Positions 28,381 through 38,473 of a stretch of DNA of 64,000 nucleotides are shown here, in pieces. Source of the DNA: a virus. Every line of letters begins with the position of its first letter. Position 1 is the first letter of the stretch. Made by a program: the position numbers and the translations under genes. The notes under the pieces were generated by a model that was not told the DNA's origin, ran no database searches, and was given only the letters and a program-made list of their open reading frames with translations. Location: positions 1 to 64,000 of IMG/VR virus record IMGVR_UViG_3300023184_000045. One strand, given 5' to 3'.

Positions 28381-31300
28381 TTATCCTCCGAATACTATTG
28401 TCATTGCAATAGATTTTCCTGCTGAAATTCCGCCCGAGCTGCCAGTGTATCCTGCACCAACGCTGCCTGCATATCCTATGCTGCCAGAGTAACCAGTTTG
28501 ACCTAGATCAAATATTTGGAATACTCCTACCATACTGCCATATGTATAAGACACATAGTACAGTGTAGCAGGTGCATCATATGGTACTGTAAATGTTACT
28601 GTAGCATTTGAACCACCGTTATTAGTTATCCCAGATGAGTAGTAATTGCTGGCTCCAGTAGTGCCAACAGTTTTAATAATAAACCCTTCGGATCCAACAT
28701 TAAAATAGTATGTGTATCCACGGGCTAGTGTTATTGTAGGATTGTTTACTCCGTTGATTACAAAAGCTGATGTAGTTGGTGATGTTACTGTGTAGTTAAC
28801 GCCGCCTGCAATACCTTGACTGCCAGTGTAGCCAATTGCCGTGCTGGCCGATCCGGTGTATCCTGTACCTGTACTACCTGTATAGCCCAAACTTCCAGTG
28901 CTACCTGTATATCCAGTGTCACCCTGGATTGCACCTGGCAATTCTCTAATTTGTATGATTACACCAGAACTAATGGTTCCTACCATGGTCAGTGTTGTGC
29001 CAGTGATTGAGTAGTCAACTGTTGGGCGCTGTACTACACCATTAGCCATTACCAAGGCGCTGTCATTGGTTATGCCATTGCTGACTGTAAATGTATTACC
29101 ACCAGTGGTAGTATACAATCTGGTCAAGAATGGTGTATAAGCTGGCCCAAATACCTGTGTAGTAATTTCAATTTGTGCTGCCAATGGAGGTGCTTCGCTA
29201 AATGTAATAACACTACCTAACAATGAATATGAACTCTTTAGCTGTATAACACCATTTAAGTTTATAGTTGTATTGTTTATGTTTCGAGGAGTAACACTAA
29301 GAGTAAATGCCAGTGTAGATCCATCACCAGTAAAAGTATCAACTATACCAGTGTAACTAAGTTGTCCAACTGACCCAGTATATCCTGCACCGATACTACC
29401 TGTATAACCAGGAGCAGTACTAACCGATCCAACATATCCTATGCTGCCACTGTAGCCAATTGAACCCGAATATCCAAGTGGTCCTATAAATCCAATTGAC
29501 GCGGCTTCAACCCATTGTGTGCTAGATCCGTCGTCTGTATAAGTGAGCAGTACGCCAATTGTTGTGTCAAACCATCTATCACCAGCTGCTGGACTTGTTG
29601 GCGCGGTGTCAGAGAAATAGTAAGCGCCTGCACCTGCTCCACCGCCGCCACCACCAGAGCTGTACGGAGAACCATTGGCCCAAAACACGCCGCCAGTGGT
29701 AACCAGTCGTCCACCAATGTATACGTTACCGGCAACACCGGCACCACCCCCAACTACCAGGGCGCCAGTTGTGCTACTTGTGCTGTCAGTTGGTAATATC
29801 GTTCCACTGGCTAAACCAGTCCAAGAAATTGACCCTGATGTAGTCCATATGTATGTTCTATATCCGCCCGCAACAGTAACAATAGGTGATCCTGTTGTTC
29901 CCGTTGCTGCGTCAAAGCTGTCTGGATATCGTATAACAACAATACCCGATCCACCGTTGTCAACATAGCCAACATATGGAGCCCAGGGATACTGGCCACC
30001 ACCGCCACCACCAGTATTTTGTCCACCACCGCTAATTGTAGCAGCATTATATCCACTGCCCATGGCTCCAGCCGCACCACCAGTTGCGCCACCTTGTCCG
30101 CCGCCTGCGCCGCCTGCGCCAGGTGTTGCGCCCGAACCACCGCCACCGCCTGCCCAATAGTAACTGGTTCCAGTAATTGAATTTGCCGCACCTATACCGC
30201 CGTTGCCACCTGTGGTACCAGATTGATTTCCGCCCGGACCGCCTGCACCACCGCCGCCGCCAGCTGCGCCTACAGCGCCGTCGCTTGAACCGCCTGCGTA
30301 CCCTTGCCCACTGGTTCCTGCACCAGGCGTGCCAACTGCAAGACCAGTGGAATAAGTGCTGCCCGCGCCACCACCTGACCCTCCACTAAGGCCATTCATG
30401 TTTTGATAATAGCCACCACCGCCACCACCACCAATTGCATTTATACCAAATGGTGATGTTGCGTTATATGTTGATATTGCACCATTGTTAACAATGGTAA
30501 ATGCATTGGTAGAATTGTCTACGATAGTAGCATCTTGCAGTGTTAACAAACTGGTTTGTGTACCAGTAATGGCACTGATGTTTGCTCCGCTGCTCTGTGT
30601 AGTAGATAGTTTGCTCGAAGGCGGTGTAAATGCTCCTGTATAGACTGCTACACCTTTGACTACACGGAAATTATTTATGTTTCCAGTCACGTATCCGCTT
30701 GCTAAAACGTCCCCAGTATCACCAATGTACCAATTTGAGCCTACTCCATTTAAATTTATGCCACTTGCATTGTATGGAGTACCAACAATTGTGCCATTCA
30801 CATATAAACTAAGTGTTCCACTATATCGTACCAGTGCTAAATGTACCCAAGTATTGTATACAATTGTACCCCCTTGTATTACTGGGAAAGTACCATTCAT
30901 TGCAACTTGATATGCTGTAATAGTTCCACTAGCGTGTCCTGCAATAAGACTTAGTGCGCCGCTTGTAAAACTATTATAGTTACTAAAAATAACTGGATAC
31001 GATGAAGTTCTGGCAGTTAAGTAACTCCAACACTCTACTGTGAAATCTCCTGTACCAAATTGAAGTGGCGAAGCTGAAGCTATGGTTAGATACTGACTAG
31101 TGCCATTGAAACTGCCTGAATAATTAAGTCTGTCGCTGATGTAGGAAGTACTACCACTGCCGCCTGCTGTGTATGCTGCTGTTGCGCCGATACCGCCAGC
31201 ACCAACGATTACAGCAACATTAGCATCAGTACTTACGCTGTAGCCAGATGCAGCCAAGTATCCGCCACCTCCGCCGCCTGCCTGAGTACCACCTCCGCTG

Positions 31301-34300
31301 CCGCCAGCAACAACCAAATATTCAATGGTAGACGGTGCTAGCCCAGTATAGGTCATTAGTCCACCAACATACAAGTTACCTTTAATGCCAGCACCGCCAC
31401 GTACTTGCAATGCACCTGTTAAGGATGTAGTTGCTACTGTGGTATTCGATATTACAATTTGATTGTTACCATCAAAACTGCTGCTGCCTCCGCCGGTGCC
31501 AGCACTACCTGTGTATCCTATACCAATCGACCCCGCGTAGCCGATTGATCCAGCATAGCCGATTGATCCAGCATAGCCAACTCCGATTGATCCAGTATAG
31601 CCAACTCCAATTGATCCAGTATAACCAACTGACCCGTTGTATCCGTTGCCGCTGCCCCCAGAACTAAATGGTGTTCCGTTGGCCCAGAATATACCATCGG
31701 TAGTAATTAATCTTCCACCAACATATACATTACCAGCAATACCAGCACCACCACTTACTACTAGTGCGCCACTAGTTGTACTTGTGCTTAAACTTAAATC
31801 TGGAGGAGTTGTACCTAAAGTTATTGTCCCGGCACCAGTGAATTTATATATTCTATATCCGCCGGTTGTTGTGTATGTAACTGTTCCAGTGGTCGCCGAT
31901 GCTGCATCATAGGTGTCAGCATATCGAATGATAACAACACCAGATCCGCCGCGGCCTTCAGCACCGTTATTTGTGCCTACGCTACCGCCGCCACCAGTAT
32001 TTGCTACGCCGTTTTGACCAGTGTTATTACCAACTTGAAGAGATCCGTTGCCACCGCCGCCAGTACCACCCATTGCGTAGTAGCTGGCGCCACCACCTGC
32101 ATAATATGTTCCAGAACCAGCTGGCCATTCTTTACCGGCGCCGCCTGCGCCAGGATACCCTGATCCAGCAGCGCCTGCACCGCCGCCGCCAGTGACATAG
32201 TATCCGCTGCTAGAAGCACCACCATCGTTACCATAACCGCCACTGGCGCTAGCTGGTTGTAATCCATAACCGCCACGGTCAGCAACCCTGGATGTTCCAG
32301 CACCCGATCCACCACTATTACCAATGCCATATTGTTGGCCGCCGCCGCCACCTAACGCAGTAATAGTTGATGATCCAGATAATTGTAAAGTTGAATCAAT
32401 ACCGTTAGTGGCAACAGCGCCGCCAGCGCCCACTGAAATGGTCAATGTATAGCCAGGGGAAACAGATGATGTTCCCATTACAAAACCGCCTGCACCACCT
32501 CCGCCGCCGTTACCGTCATTGCCTGTTCCGCCACCACCACCGCCGCCTGCAATCACTAAGTAATCAAATGCCGATGGCGCATTTCCTAAATCGGGTGAGT
32601 ATCCAACACGTAACCCTCTGCCAATGCCGGCACCGCCTGCTACTATTAATGCGCCAGTAGTAGTTGATGTCGACGGCGTAGTGTTGCTGGTTATGATCTG
32701 TTGTGTAGTTGTGCCGCTGAATGTACCAGCTGATCCTGCATAGCCAATTGATCCCGAGTAGCCAATTGATCCTGCATATCCTAATCCTGCCGAACCAGTG
32801 TAACCAGCTGGACCCGAACTGGTAAACGATGCACCATTGGCCCAAAATATACCACCACTGGTAATTAAACTGCCGGTAGTGGTAATATTTCCACTGGCAA
32901 CAATACTGTTGGCATATTCTGTATTGGTTATCGTTTCATAGTTTAATGTAGTAATGTTACCAGTTACTACTAAATTGCCACCAATGTATAAGTCGCCGGA
33001 TACGCCTACTCCGCCAGTGACTACTAATGCGCCTGTGTTAGCACTAGTACTTGGAATTGCACTATAGGATAGTGTGTTGTAGTATTGGCCAGCAGTATCT
33101 GTCAGTACCGTACCGGTGGTTGTTGCATCGTATGTATCTTTATGGTAATAAAGATTAATCTTATAATTAACGCTGCCAGATAAACTTACTGTTTCGGTGT
33201 ATACAACACTATCATTTGTATATAGGTAATTAAATGTTAGTGTTGATCCAGTTTTTCGTACTCGGAATCTAAATGCAATATTACCAACATTGGTGAATGC
33301 ATAATGTATCAAAGGTCGAGCCAGGCCAGCGGATGGATATGCCGTATAGCTGGCCATATCAAGTGCCGCAGTATAAGTGCTTGTGTCGACGTTTAAATAA
33401 CCTATCCCAATTTCGCCTGTGTACATACCAATTCCAGGGAATTCAATTTTAAAATCAAAGTCTGGGCTTGCTGTTGTAAATGTATAGTTAGCAGGATGAT
33501 TGTAACCCGTAGTAGCATTAGTTAACGATATTGAACTTATATACCCAGATGTTACTGCTGTTGCCGATCCAATGTATACATTGCCGTTAATTCCGGCACC
33601 GCCTGCGACTACTAATGCACCTGTTGTAGTGCTAGTTGACGCAGTGGTGTTGCTGGTTATAATCTGCTGTGTAGTTGTCCCACTAAAAGTACCTACTGAT
33701 CCAGCATAGCCAATTGATCCAGTATAACCAATTCCACCAACACTTCCGCTGTAACCGGTTGATCCACTATATCCAACACTTCCGCTGTAACCTGCTGATC
33801 CACTATATCCAATTGGGCCGCTACTAGTAAACGATGTACCATTTGACCAAAATATACCCTGCGTAGTAGGAATTACTAAATTACCGCCAATATATAAATT
33901 GCCTGCTATACCAGCGCCACCACTGACTACTAATGCGCCAGATGTGGTGCTTGTGCTAGTGCTAGTAGCATTGGCTGTACCCGAAGCATTAAAACTAATT
34001 GTCCCGCTGGTTAAGAACGTGTATATTACATAGCTGCCACTTGTAGTTACTGTTGCGTTTGTTGTTGTTGCGGTTGCATAGGTATTAGGATGACGAATAA
34101 TTACAATACCTGAGCCACCAGCACTACCATTACCGCCACCACCTCCGCCGGTATTTGCAGCACCATTTCTTCCCGGACTAGCGCCAGATCCGTTGCCACC
34201 TCCGCCCAGTCCACCAACAGTTGCACCAGTTGAGCCAGCACCGCCGCCTGCATAATACGTAGGAGTTCCAGAAATATTTGTTTGTACGCCGACACCACCA

Positions 34301-37300
34301 TCGGTTGGAGTATTGCTCAACGATGTGTTTAATGCAGCAGCGCCAGCACCGCCTCCACCGCCGCCTGCATAGTGTGTGGATCCGGTACCACCTGCATAAC
34401 CTTGTCCTGTTGTGCCAGAACCGGCTGGTACTGTAGGTTCTGCAGATCCACCGCCGGATCCACCATTGGCACCACCAGCACTCATTGATACACCGCCACC
34501 AGCATTGCCACCGCCACTGTTAGGTCCACCGCCACCACCACCTAGAGATACGATAGATACTGCACCGCCTATGATAGAAGAATTTCCACCTTTAAATCCG
34601 GTTACTTCTTCGCCACTAACAGCAGTTCCACCGTTACCAATTGTTACGGTATACGTTACACTAGCTGATACTGCTGCAGGAGATTCTGCGCTGGCTCCAC
34701 CGCCTGACATTTCTCCAACTACACTAGATCTATAACCACCTGCACCACCACCACCAGACCAATAATATCCACCACCAGACCCGCCGCCTGCAACTACAAC
34801 ATACTCAATAGTAGCAGGGGCGCCGGATGGGGTAGTGTACACTCCACCAACAAATAAATTACCAGCAATGCCGCCGCCGCCGGCAACCTGCAATGCGCCT
34901 GTTATGGCACTAGTAGATGGTGTTGTATTTGATGTTATTATCTGTTGTGTAGTTGTGCCGCTGAACGTACCCGTTGATCCAGTATATCCTGCATTACCAA
35001 TGCTTCCACTATAACCAGCCGAACCAGCATAACCGCTTGATCCGGCATATCCAGCAGATCCTGCATAGCCAACTCCGATTGATCCTGCATAGCCGCTTGA
35101 TCCGGCATAGCCAACACTGCCTGCATATCCGGCAGATCCTGCATAGCCAACACTGCCTGCATAGCCAACCGAACCAACGTATCCTAAATCACCGCGGTCA
35201 CCAGTCCTGGCAAATGTAACAATCAGCGATGTGCCATTAGTAAATGATCCCGGACCCGACAAGTAGGAGATGGGCACATGGAAATGGTTGTGTACCGGCG
35301 CGCCTTCTTCGGTATGATTACCAATAATTGCAAACATTGCATAGTTTGCATTGTTTCCATTTTCTACTACAGTAAAATGTCCCTTGATGCTGGATGTTGA
35401 GTCGTCAATAGTTTGTAAGAAACTGTAGGCCGATACTCCCAACTTATCATAAAAGTTGATGTACATTACCGTAGCAGACGATAGTGTAGTTGAATCAAAT
35501 TCAACGTTGCCTGATGTAGGATCGGTTATGGTAGTATCACTGCTGTAAGTGTAAGAAAAAGCCTCGCCACCAAAATTACCATCGTTACCTTTAGAACCCG
35601 TATAACCAACGCTGCCAGCGTATCCAGCACTACCTGCATAACCTTTACTGCCAGCATATCCCAACGCACCGCTGGCACCCTTAGGACCCTGACCGCCCTG
35701 AATACTATCTTCAATAGCTACATAATCAATTTGAGTTTGATGTGCTACATTGCCGGTGTTACTATGGTATAGTCTAATTGTGGCTGCTCCACTATTAACA
35801 TAATTAGTAGAATCTATTACTTCTAATGCAAACTGATAAAAGCCGCCTAATCCTGTATAAGATCCAATATTATCCCATACTGTTGTTAAATTATTATATA
35901 CTTGAACATAAATTATGTGGCCAGAATTCTGTGTATAATTAATATTTAATGCAACACGATTGAACTTAACGACACCAGTAAATCCAACAGTTACTATCCA
36001 AGCAGGTCCTGCATGCGTGCCGTCAGTAATGGTATAATAATTGCCATCGTTAAAAGTTTGTATGTCAGTCAACCCGCCAGACACATAAACACCATCAGTT
36101 AGCGATATTGATTGCGCTGTATAAGTCAACGATTCTGGTGTAATACCGCTAGCACCAACAGGGCCTGTTGCTCCTGTTGCACCAAATGATCCTGTATAGC
36201 CAATTGGACCTGTTGCGCCTTGGTTACCTTGTGGTCCAGTTACATTACCTACGTCTGCAAATGCAGTTCCTGACCAAACAGCCAAGTGACCATTTGCAGC
36301 TATAATGTAGCCATCACCAAAGTTGCCCACTACAGTATCGTCTGGCCCATTTAACCATGTTAAACTAGGAACTGATCCAAGTATGGTAATACTAGTTCCA
36401 TCAATACCTTTGCTACCTGTGTAACCAAGCGAGCCTGCATAACCAACGCTGCCGACATAGCCTTCGCTGCCTGTATAGCCGACGCCGATCGAGCCAGTAT
36501 AACCAAATGCGCCAGTTGATCCGCTGGCACCCATAACGCCTGTTGCACCAGATGATCCTACTGGGCCAACAATTTTTCCAATATCATTCCATTGTCCGGT
36601 TGACACGTTCCAGAACCATAATGCGCCATCTAAGTGGGCAGCACCGTCGCCGGTGGTAACTATCCAGCCGTAGCCAGCAAACGTATTCCAATCCATTGGC
36701 GCTGCGGGCAAGTCGGCAATAGTTGCTTTGGTACCTTGTAAGGTAACACTAACACCCTGCGCACCGGTTGGACCTGTTGCTCCAGTGGCTCCCGAAGCAC
36801 CAGCGCCTGTTGCACCACGACTGCCTATGTATCCAGCACTGCCGGTATAGCCGTTACTGCCAGAGTAACCCGAAGCCCCAGTGGCTCCAAATCCTGTAGC
36901 ACCCGTTGGACCAGTTGCGCCTTGTGTACCCGGTGTACCTCTGCTGCCAACATAACCATTTGACCCTGCATACCCAGAACTACCTGTGTAGCCAATTGGG
37001 CCAGTGGCACCAGTGTTGTAATACGGAACACCATTTGCGTAGAAATAATGGTCTGAGTATATATTACCAGTTATTGTAACATTGCCTGTGGCTGTTAAAT
37101 CTACTGTAGATATTAAATCGGCACCAGTGATAGCAGCATATGTACCAGTTGTTATAAAACTTTCTGCGTATACATTTCCAGTTACAACAATTGTATTAGC
37201 ATATTCTGTATTGGTTATTATTTCGTAGTTTAGTGTAGTAATGTTACCAGTTACTACTAAATTGCCGCCAACATATAAATTACCTGTGATACCTGCACCA

Positions 37301-37488
37301 CCTGCTACAGTTAATGCCCCTGTTGAATAGTCAGTGCTAGCTGTGGTATTTGCTACAAAAAATGTATTATCTGTGCCGTGAACTCCCTGTGCAACCCGCG
37401 ACCAGGCATTGTTTGTAGCAGAATAGATGTAGGTAATCCCATCTATCACTGTTACTGTATTGCCCGCTGGTGTTGTTGGAAATGTCAT
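28381..37488 (-). CDS. 3035-aa mosaic fibre protein: GYxGSx/GAT collagen shafts, repeated [22 protein letters not shown] connectors, 3 glycine-rich domains, 1 LamG, C-terminal FTGDG..F and cupredoxin-like modules, ending GKSIAMTIVFGG
   Basis: Uninterrupted ORF; modules read from the translation; TAAATA 5 nt upstream of the ATG. Confidence 0.92.
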   Translation of the reverse strand: MTFPTTPAGNTVTVIDGITYIYSATNNAWSRVAQGVHGTDNTFFVANTTASTDYSTGALTVAGGAGITGNLYVGGNLVVTGNITTLNYEIITNTEYANTIVVTGNVYAESFITTGTYAAITGADLISTVDLTATGNVTITGNIYSDHYFYANGVPYYNTGATGPIGYTGSSGYAGSNGYVGSRGTPGTQGATGPTGATGFGATGASGYSGSNGYTGSAGYIGSRGATGAGASGATGATGPTGAQGVSVTLQGTKATIADLPAAPMDWNTFAGYGWIVTTGDGAAHLDGALWFWNVSTGQWNDIGKIVGPVGSSGATGVMGASGSTGAFGYTGSIGVGYTGSEGYVGSVGYAGSLGYTGSKGIDGTSITILGSVPSLTWLNGPDDTVVGNFGDGYIIAANGHLAVWSGTAFADVGNVTGPQGNQGATGPIGYTGSFGATGATGPVGASGITPESLTYTAQSISLTDGVYVSGGLTDIQTFNDGNYYTITDGTHAGPAWIVTVGFTGVVKFNRVALNINYTQNSGHIIYVQVYNNLTTVWDNIGSYTGLGGFYQFALEVIDSTNYVNSGAATIRLYHSNTGNVAHQTQIDYVAIEDSIQGGQGPKGASGALGYAGSKGYAGSAGYAGSVGYTGSKGNDGNFGGEAFSYTYSSDTTITDPTSGNVEFDSTTLSSATVMYINFYDKLGVSAYSFLQTIDDSTSSIKGHFTVVENGNNANYAMFAIIGNHTEEGAPVHNHFHVPISYLSGPGSFTNGTSLIVTFARTGDRGDLGYVGSVGYAGSVGYAGSAGYAGSVGYAGSSGYAGSIGVGYAGSAGYAGSSGYAGSAGYSGSIGNAGYTGSTGTFSGTTTQQIITSNTTPSTSAITGALQVAGGGGIAGNLFVGGVYTTPSGAPATIEYVVVAGGGSGGGYYWSGGGGAGGYRSSVVGEMSGGGASAESPAAVSASVTYTVTIGNGGTAVSGEEVTGFKGGNSSIIGGAVSIVSLGGGGGGPNSGGGNAGGGVSMSAGGANGGSGGGSAEPTVPAGSGTTGQGYAGGTGSTHYAGGGGGGAGAAALNTSLSNTPTDGGVGVQTNISGTPTYYAGGGAGSTGATVGGLGGGGNGSGASPGRNGAANTGGGGGGNGSAGGSGIVIIRHPNTYATATTTNATVTTSGSYVIYTFLTSGTISFNASGTANATSTSTSTTSGALVVSGGAGIAGNLYIGGNLVIPTTQGIFWSNGTSFTSSGPIGYSGSAGYSGSVGYSGSTGYSGSVGGIGYTGSIGYAGSVGTFSGTTTQQIITSNTTASTSTTTGALVVAGGAGINGNVYIGSATAVTSGYISSISLTNATTGYNHPANYTFTTASPDFDFKIEFPGIGMYTGEIGIGYLNVDTSTYTAALDMASYTAYPSAGLARPLIHYAFTNVGNIAFRFRVRKTGSTLTFNYLYTNDSVVYTETVSLSGSVNYKINLYYHKDTYDATTTGTVLTDTAGQYYNTLSYSAIPSTSANTGALVVTGGVGVSGDLYIGGNLVVTGNITTLNYETITNTEYANSIVASGNITTTGSLITSGGIFWANGASFTSSGPAGYTGSAGLGYAGSIGYSGSIGYAGSAGTFSGTTTQQIITSNTTPSTSTTTGALIVAGGAGIGRGLRVGYSPDLGNAPSAFDYLVIAGGGGGGGTGNDGNGGGGGAGGFVMGTSSVSPGYTLTISVGAGGAVATNGIDSTLQLSGSSTITALGGGGGQQYGIGNSGGSGAGTSRVADRGGYGLQPASASGGYGNDGGASSSGYYVTGGGGAGAAGSGYPGAGGAGKEWPAGSGTYYAGGGASYYAMGGTGGGGNGSLQVGNNTGQNGVANTGGGGSVGTNNGAEGRGGSGVVIIRYADTYDAASATTGTVTYTTTGGYRIYKFTGAGTITLGTTPPDLSLSTSTTSGALVVSGGAGIAGNVYVGGRLITTDGIFWANGTPFSSGGSGNGYNGSVGYTGSIGVGYTGSIGVGYAGSIGYAGSIGYAGSIGIGYTGSAGTGGGSSSFDGNNQIVISNTTVATTSLTGALQVRGGAGIKGNLYVGGLMTYTGLAPSTIEYLVVAGGSGGGTQAGGGGGGYLAASGYSVSTDANVAVIVGAGGIGATAAYTAGGSGSTSYISDRLNYSGSFNGTSQYLTIASASPLQFGTGDFTVECWSYLTARTSSYPVIFSNYNSFTSGALSLIAGHASGTITAYQVAMNGTFPVIQGGTIVYNTWVHLALVRYSGTLSLYVNGTIVGTPYNASGINLNGVGSNWYIGDTGDVLASGYVTGNINNFRVVKGVAVYTGAFTPPSSKLSTTQSSGANISAITGTQTSLLTLQDATIVDNSTNAFTIVNNGAISTYNATSPFGINAIGGGGGGGYYQNMNGLSGGSGGGAGSTYSTGLAVGTPGAGTSGQGYAGGSSDGAVGAAGGGGGAGGPGGNQSGTTGGNGGIGAANSITGTSYYWAGGGGGSGATPGAGGAGGGQGGATGGAAGAMGSGYNAATISGGGQNTGGGGGGQYPWAPYVGYVDNGGSGIVVIRYPDSFDAATGTTGSPIVTVAGGYRTYIWTTSGSISWTGLASGTILPTDSTSSTTGALVVGGGAGVAGNVYIGGRLVTTGGVFWANGSPYSSGGGGGGAGAGAYYFSDTAPTSPAAGDRWFDTTIGVLLTYTDDGSSTQWVEAASIGFIGPLGYSGSIGYSGSIGYVGSVSTAPGYTGSIGAGYTGSVGQLSYTGIVDTFTGDGSTLAFTLSVTPRNINNTTINLNGVIQLKSSYSLLGSVITFSEAPPLAAQIEITTQVFGPAYTPFLTRLYTTTGGNTFTVSNGITNDSALVMANGVVQRPTVDYSITGTTLTMVGTISSGVIIQIRELPGAIQGDTGYTGSTGSLGYTGSTGTGYTGSASTAIGYTGSQGIAGGVNYTVTSPTTSAFVINGVNNPTITLARGYTYYFNVGSEGFIIKTVGTTGASNYYSSGITNNGGSNATVTFTVPYDAPATLYYVSYTYGSMVGVFQIFDLGQTGYSGSIGYAGSVGAGYTGSSGGISAGKSIAMTIVFGG

Positions 37489-37493
37489 ATTAG

Positions 37494-37499
37494 TATTTA
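37494..37499 (-). promoter_or_regulatory. Late promoter core TAAATA, 5 nt before the ATG (probably leaderless)
   Basis: Minus strand GTAAATACTAATATG; no SD between the box and the ATG. Confidence 0.65.
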
Positions 37500-37510
37500 C
37501 CCATTAATAA

Positions 37511-38062
37511 TCATGCGTTGCCTGCTGGAACTGCGCCTGCTGGCAAAGAATATACAAAAGGGCCGGTGCCCCAATTTATACTGCCAGACCCTGTACTAGA
37601 ACTTGTTCCGTCGTAAACAGCAAAATATAGCTGCCCCGATCCAAAAATTACCTGCGGTGCTGCTCCATCAAATGATACAGTTTGCGCATCTAAATCAACC
37701 AAAATCCTATAGGTAGTCCCGGTAATCATTGGTGCTAAAGATCTGCCCTGGCCGCCATTGCCGTTATAGCCTGATCCATCATGATAATTTCCTGCCCTGG
37801 TAGGCACACGTTGAACTCCTATGTAGCATCCGTAGCCGTCACTGCCTGCTTGTATTGATGTGAATTCAAAGTATATTTTACCCAAAGTTTGACGTAAAGC
37901 ATAAAGAACTGATGCAAATTGTCCTGTTGTAGTAACTGTATTTCCTGTAACCGTAAAACTGCCGCCGCTCCAAGTTGGGTCGTAAGTTAAATCATTTGCA
38001 ATTGTCTGACTAATAATTTTAATACCACCTGACAATGTTATCCCAGTTACAGTTAGTGCCAT
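37511..38062 (-). CDS. 183-aa SPRY/B30.2-like (ConA-fold) protein
   Basis: GKIYFEFT...YIGV...ILVDLD...V.F...LYFAV pattern typical of SPRY domains. Confidence 0.7.
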   Translation of the reverse strand: MALTVTGITLSGGIKIISQTIANDLTYDPTWSGGSFTVTGNTVTTTGQFASVLYALRQTLGKIYFEFTSIQAGSDGYGCYIGVQRVPTRAGNYHDGSGYNGNGGQGRSLAPMITGTTYRILVDLDAQTVSFDGAAPQVIFGSGQLYFAVYDGTSSSTGSGSINWGTGPFVYSLPAGAVPAGNA

Positions 38063-38075
38063 TTACTCAATTCCG

Positions 38076-38408
38076 TTAAAGTGTAGGCGATGTGCTTAAA
38101 TATTTTACTGTGGGCCCAGTAAAATCTAGCCAGAATGAGTAAGCGCCATTACTAACAAATTCGTACATTCTATCATTAGTTGTATTGTACCAGAAATCCC
38201 CCACTGTTGCTCCAGTGGGGCTAGTATTGCCTACTCGGGTTGTTGACGAACTAAATGCTTTTCCATTGGCCCAGAACATACCCTTGGTAGTGATAACCGA
38301 AGAAGTAGTAGAAATATTACCAGTGGTGATTATGCTGCCAGAATTGGCGTCAATGGTTAAATTGCCTACCGTGAGGCCGTTTTTTGCTACAAAATTTTTA
38401 GTTGCCAC
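38076..38408 (-). CDS. 110-aa small fibre-like protein (FVAKNGL..GN, FWANG and GDFWYNT modules)
   Basis: GTG start; carries the FWANG connector and GDxW knob found in 28381..37488. Confidence 0.8.
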   Translation of the reverse strand: MATKNFVAKNGLTVGNLTIDANSGSIITTGNISTTSSVITTKGMFWANGKAFSSSTTRVGNTSPTGATVGDFWYNTTNDRMYEFVSNGAYSFWLDFTGPTVKYLSTSPTL

Positions 38409-38436
38409 AGTTCATTTTCCCTATAGGCTTGTATGT

Positions 38437-38442
38437 TATTTA
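38437..38442 (-). promoter_or_regulatory. Late promoter core TAAATA
   Basis: Intergenic GATAAATAAC upstream of the 110-aa gene. Confidence 0.6.
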
Positions 38443-38473
38443 TCTAGAATAACTCAAGCTATGGGTGGCACTA

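Noticed and set aside
29660-37350. Near-identical segments as a diversity-generating retroelement TR/VR pair
   Set aside because: Differences are not visibly restricted to adenines, the copies are in-frame structural connectors, and no reverse transcriptase is in the window.
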